Part shown: piece by piece, positions 59,293 to 64,000 of the stretch
How the letters are laid out: every line of letters starts with the position of its first letter
Numbering within the stretch: position 1 is the first letter of the stretch
From: Moniliella sp. 'wahieum'
Lineage: Eukaryota
Assembly: GCA_003971905.1 (NCBI GenBank)
Contig: RSEE01000028.1
Coordinates: 496,001-560,000, forward strand
Reading direction: 5' to 3'
DNA: 64,000 nucleotides
The notes under the pieces: model-generated
The model's database searches: none
Seen by the model: only the letters and a program-made list of their open reading frames with translations
What the model was told of the DNA's origin: nothing
Position numbers and translations under genes: made by a program

Positions 59293-61704
59293 TTACAGCT
59301 CGCTAAGTCCAACCAGGCCATTGGCAGCGACATAGGGAGGTGAGACATGGGGCGCTTCGAGGTTGGCTTTCCAGATGGAGGTCTGGTTCAACGATTCTGG
59401 GGCTTCAACCAGCACCACAGCCATGGCAGCAGCTATATACATAGCAGTGGAAGAAAACGTTAGTATACCAGTGCATGCGTATCTTGGCTTGCAGGGCTGA
59501 ATTAAAGAGGAAGAGGGAGACGCACCTAGATGTTGGGCAACGTGGCAGTGGAGAAAGGTGACAGTTGGGCGACGAACCCAGTGGCGGACAATGGCCCAGC
59601 CGAGAGAAGGCACATTCCATGAATCGGCAAGCTTCGGGTTGTTCATGTTGATCATCGAGCTATTGTGCGTGAGAATGTCTTCGACCGACGTGTAATTGAG
59701 TGTACCATTTCCTGCGCCCAAGTACCAAACCGGATCATTGTGCTTGTGGATCGGGTGGGAAGGATTGGGACCCAGGCGCATGGTGGCATCCTGGAAGATA
59801 AAATCCACAATCGAGTCGTTCTTCATCTCGAGAAGGGTGTCGCTGGGTAGACCCTTGCCGAGGTTCGACGCCTTTTTCAAGAGAATGGGTAGCCTTGGAA
59901 GTTAAGTGAGCTCAGCGTCTTATTCGCCCCCAGAAGTGACCATGTCACCGCATTAGTCATGTTGAGCACCAGACGAAACGTGTAATCAGCTTTACGCTGT
60001 GGGGGGGGTCCGCTGAGAAAGGAGCCAGCGAGGTCTCGTTTTGGATCGAAGCACCATTGATCAGGGAACCGTTATAAGTGATCCATGTTGTGCCTGTAGA
60101 GGGCAAGTCGTTCGTCACGCTCCATCCCAGCGCCTTGCCCGCAGCAGTGCCGGGCTGCGGAAATCCGTTACTCCATTTGGCCTTTTGCAAGGGAAGATCA
60201 GCCTTCTCGGATGGGGTGGGGATGTATGGCTGCACCGATGGAACGGGGAAGCTAAGTACCTCGGGAAGGAGGGTATCTCAGAGGCCACAGCGGATGGATA
60301 CTGGGTAATAGTCGACACACCAGACGGTTCGGGAGTCGCATCTTGCCGTTTGCTTGCAGACAACTTGCTCTTTGATGCCACCGCGGATGAGGGAGTGGAG
60401 CCAGAGCGGCTCTTCTTGTCACATCCAGCACGGCGTATCCGGTAAGATTTGGGGCAAATTACCACATGCGGTCAGACGCATGCGGTATTTCCAGAAGATG
60501 TGAAGTGGGTACAATGACACTGTAGCGTGTTCCCAGTGTCAGCTGTACCACTTGCACTTTTGCGGCTTGACAAATATACCATCACGAGCGACAACCCACA
60601 GGTCGTGTCCGTCAATGGAAAAGCACGATTGCCATTCTGCTCCGGCGTTAATGAGGTGGATAGCGGCCCAGTTACCGTCTGTGCTGCCGAAGGAAGAGGT
60701 CGGGTAGACCCCAATGCACTGGTTGTGTTCGTGCAAGTACGCGCGTTGATGTTCTCAATGCGGTTCTCAAAACTAAGCGGGCGGAATACATCCAGTCGGG
60801 TCGATATAGTCCTGGATACCAAAACTGACTGGATTCACAGATTGCTCCTTCAGATCGACTAGCTGATGAGCAGTATACGCGGCCTTGGGAGTTGATGAGC
60901 ATCGTATCGACGCAATATGGGTCCTGACCGGTTCCACGGTAGCGAATCAGGGCAGTGTCAAACGTCTCGTGACGCCAATCGTGGAGCAAAAGAGGCACAG
61001 CTTGTTTGAATGCTTGCTCTATGCTGTTGTACGCAGACTTGTCAATGGAATTCCAAGGCGGCCTGCATTGGATGCTGGGTGAATGATGATTGGTCCACGC
61101 AGGCCATCAACGTAACTGTGTATATCAAAGAGGGGGGTATAGCCGAGAGTCAGAAGAAAGGCTTCGGGCAAAGAGAAGGGAGGAGGCACGTACGTGGCAC
61201 GAGTGTGTGAATGGTAAAAGTAGACGCCCGACTGAGCGGCTTTCCACTCGTATGAGTAGTTCCCGTAAGGAAGGATGGGCCATGGTGACTCCAGGCACAC
61301 CGTCCTGTTGGGGATCAAGCTGGACAATTCCGTGGAAATGGATGCTACTCTGGGTGTTGACATTGTTGAACACATGGATACGCACAGTATCTCCCTCCGT
61401 CGCTTCGATTGTGGGGCCTGGGGTCTGCCCGTTGACGGCAAACGTTTGGCGCCAGTAGCCGTCGGGTGCGAGCCACTCTTGGGTAATCTCAAAATGGTAC
61501 TCACGAACTGTGCTGGTTTGGGCCACGAAGAGAGGGAGAAGCATCAGCAGGTGCACGTTCCAAGGCTGACGTTGAGTTATGGCGACCAAGTAGGATGGGA
61601 AGGTTGGGACCAGGATTGAGGTGTGAGGGGCGTCCTTCGATGAAGGTAGCCAAGGTCGCCGCAAGAAAGGTCGCATGAAGAGCCAGGGATAGAAGGCTCG
61701 GCAT
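59293..61704 (-). CDS. Secreted multicopper oxidase (laccase-like, AA1)
   Basis: Signal peptide MPSLLSLALHATFLAATLA; APDG..VNGQTPGPTI; Cu motifs SIHFHG, YFYHSH, HPIHKH and FLHCHVAQHL|AAAM. Several GT-AG introns. Confidence 0.92.
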
Positions 61705-63084
61705 CTCTTCGAGGAATGTAATAAGGACGCGGGGCTGGGGCGGTTGGTGGAGGGAAGGACAGAAGAACATGTGAGCTATATATACGGCATGAAGGGCATT
61801 TATGAGAGACTGCGGCGTGATAGACGAGATGCCCTCTCCTCGGCGATGGCAGGCGGCGGTGCATCGACGACCGGGAAAACGACGCAGCGGGGTCGAGGCG
61901 GTGTGGGTGTCCGCAGTTAGGCTTCATGTGGCTACACATCATTATGCATCATGGGATCCGCTTGGGCGTTGAGCGTTTGAGTGTTGCATGTTGTGTTGTG
62001 TGTGCTGAACGTAGGCATATGCTGAGAACGTCTGAACGATGTGTCCCTTTGAGAACGTTCAAGCTCTTGAAGAGCGCAATACGCACACGCGATAATCTCA
62101 GTATTCAAGTTCACTACTGCATGCATAGTATGTCGGCACTCCATGTATTCGTATGCTCAAGATGCGAGGGGGACTAGAAAGGGCAGAGCGACCTACTAAT
62201 CGTCCTTAGCTATACACACCTATTCATGCACCTCATCTGCCCAGGGTGTGCACAGCTTAGAATCGCAGTCAGCGCAGATTTGCGTCTTGGGGGACTCTCC
62301 ACCATATCTCGCTCTGGAGCGCTGAGGCGTTGAAACGAGAGGGTCCGAAAAAATCAATGTCAAACATATATGCTGCCCCTACGGAGATGGAGGCAGGCAT
62401 GCGTCCTGCTGCTACCGCATGGAATTGCTGGCGCCGGTTGGTCCGTCTGTAGGACGTTGTTGGCCCACCGCAAAAGCTCCTACACAGTGATACAAAGCAT
62501 GGTGCCATGTGTAGCGTATGTGCAAAAGGCTGTCTACTCGATATATATATAGCCGACGATGCAATTCATTAATTGCGGCCGCAGTAACCACGGAGCATGT
62601 AATAACCAGCAAAACCGACACTGTTATAACATGGTAAAAAATCCACATTTTGTAAAGTAAAAATCATCGGAGAGCTGCGGAGATCCGCCATCGCATGTAC
62701 ACGTTACACGCAGGCCACACTACTCAGGAAGACCCCAGTCATCTCGATGTGGCCCCGCGTCTGTCTCACTATATGCAGGTCCTAGTAGGCATGAGATATG
62801 CATGCAATACTCATATGCCACCTTCCCCATACTGCTATTATATAAAAGAGTATATATAAGCGAGATGATCGACGTCCTAGAATGCCGACACCAACATCTT
62901 GATACTATGCGTACTGCCCTCGCTTCCTGTACGCCCTAACAAAAGAGAGTTGCCCCACAAATTGATCGTCACCGAGAAAGAAAGGAGGGCCACACATAAC
63001 CATCGATTTGTCATCCAACCCACACCAACGCCGAAAATAATGTTTGTGTAGTAGCTGGGCTAAATCCCACTGGGCCGACGAGGC

Positions 63085-63128
63085 AACTATTGTTAAGGAG
63101 ATGAGAAACTATTGTTAAGGAGATGAGA
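63085..63128. repeat. Perfect 22-bp tandem duplication
   Basis: aactattgttaaggagatgaga x2. Confidence 0.9.
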
Positions 63129-64000
63129 GGCATCGGATAATCCTTTGAGGAGTGAGAAGCCACAAGCTTTAGCCATTGAATACTGCTGAAGGAGGAGTGG
63201 AATGGAGGATGTGGTTCTGAGGAGAGGTACAGGAGGCTATGAGAAGGGTAGGGCCTTATATAGACGAGGGTACCGCGGAGCTGAGGAAGCTTCCGGGCGG
63301 ATAAGAGGGGTGATGACTATCACGCAGGATGGCATGATTGGGGCATCGCCCCAAACATGTTGTGGCAAAAAGAACGAAGGGAAGACTGGAGAGTTTAGGT
63401 GATGAGACCTGGAGTCCTGATGCACTGATGATCCTCGAGGGTAATGCAATCGCACTGGTAATGGCGGCAGTCTAAGTCAGCCAGCAACGCCTACTTGGTA
63501 GTGCAGAGGAACATCAAACAGATACAGTCGCCACCAGGGCTAGTAGGCTGCGGAACAAAAGGAAAACACAGAAGCGAGAGAAACAACGCGGAGAACTCCT
63601 ATTACCCCTGGGGAGGGACTGAAGTGCCGTTGGCCAAAATTCACACGAGAACCACCCGCGATGGCTACATTGAGCGAGAAGACGAAAAGGCGAAGGAAGA
63701 GTACCAAGAACGGGACCATCGATCCGTCTCTCGCTTGTTTATTATTCTGAACCTCGTGTCCAGCCCCCCAAAACTCCACCTAGACACACCATACTAGAGT
63801 GCCACCAATGGCACTATAGGCGACTGCCAGGGAGGTTCGGCCAGAGGACAACAATAGAAAATGCATCGTCCGGGGTCTATCATTTTGAGCAAGTGTGCTG
63901 TGATCCCGATGCTGTGGTATAGTATACTATCGCTGATCCTGATGAAGCGACCTTTGCGGTTGTACTTAAAAACCATCCACGTTCGCGGTCTCTGTCAGAA

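Noticed and set aside
1..61704. Frameshifts in nearly all genes, suggesting pseudogenes or programmed frameshifting/RNA editing
   Set aside because: Indels hit housekeeping genes (RACK1, GEA2, aminopeptidase) and even a tRNA T-loop while amino-acid motifs stay intact. This is the pattern of uncorrected long-read error.
55863..61704. Permease plus multicopper oxidase as a Fet3/Ftr1 iron-uptake pair or metabolite cluster
   Set aside because: The permease is APC-type with no recognisable Ftr1 features, the genes are convergent, the oxidase has no TM anchor, and no PKS/NRPS backbone gene is in the window.

Overview
This is GC-rich, intron-poor fungal genomic DNA, most consistent with a basidiomycete (Ustilaginomycotina-like; taxon is inference). 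Introns are short GT-AG with CTRAC/TACTAAC branch sites. It holds about 17 protein-coding loci and 2 intron-containing tRNA genes. In order: DUG3-like amidotransferase running straight into an RRD2/PTPA phosphatase activator, RING-H2 protein, small membrane protein, GPR1/FUN34/YaaH transporter, nucleoside hydrolase, Tsp2 tetraspanin, M1 aminopeptidase, a conserved hypothetical protein, RRM protein, RACK1, tRNA-Pro, NUG1-like protein, CAMKL kinase, tRNA-Lys, GEA2/GBF1 ARF-GEF, a candidate gasdermin-like protein, VPS20, APC amino-acid permease and a multicopper oxidase. Nearly every conserved gene is broken by single-base indels, which indicates an unpolished long-read assembly. Gene boundaries are therefore approximate, and frameshifts are not treated as pseudogenisation. 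Main leads: (1) an apparent DUG3-PTPA gene fusion, with no ATG available upstream of the PTPA N-terminal motif; (2) a large protein at 47.4-51.2 kb whose motifs resemble a basidiomycete family I infer to be gasdermin-like; (3) a NUG1 homologue with degenerate G1, G3 and G4 GTPase motifs. No database searches were run; all family calls are from motif recognition.
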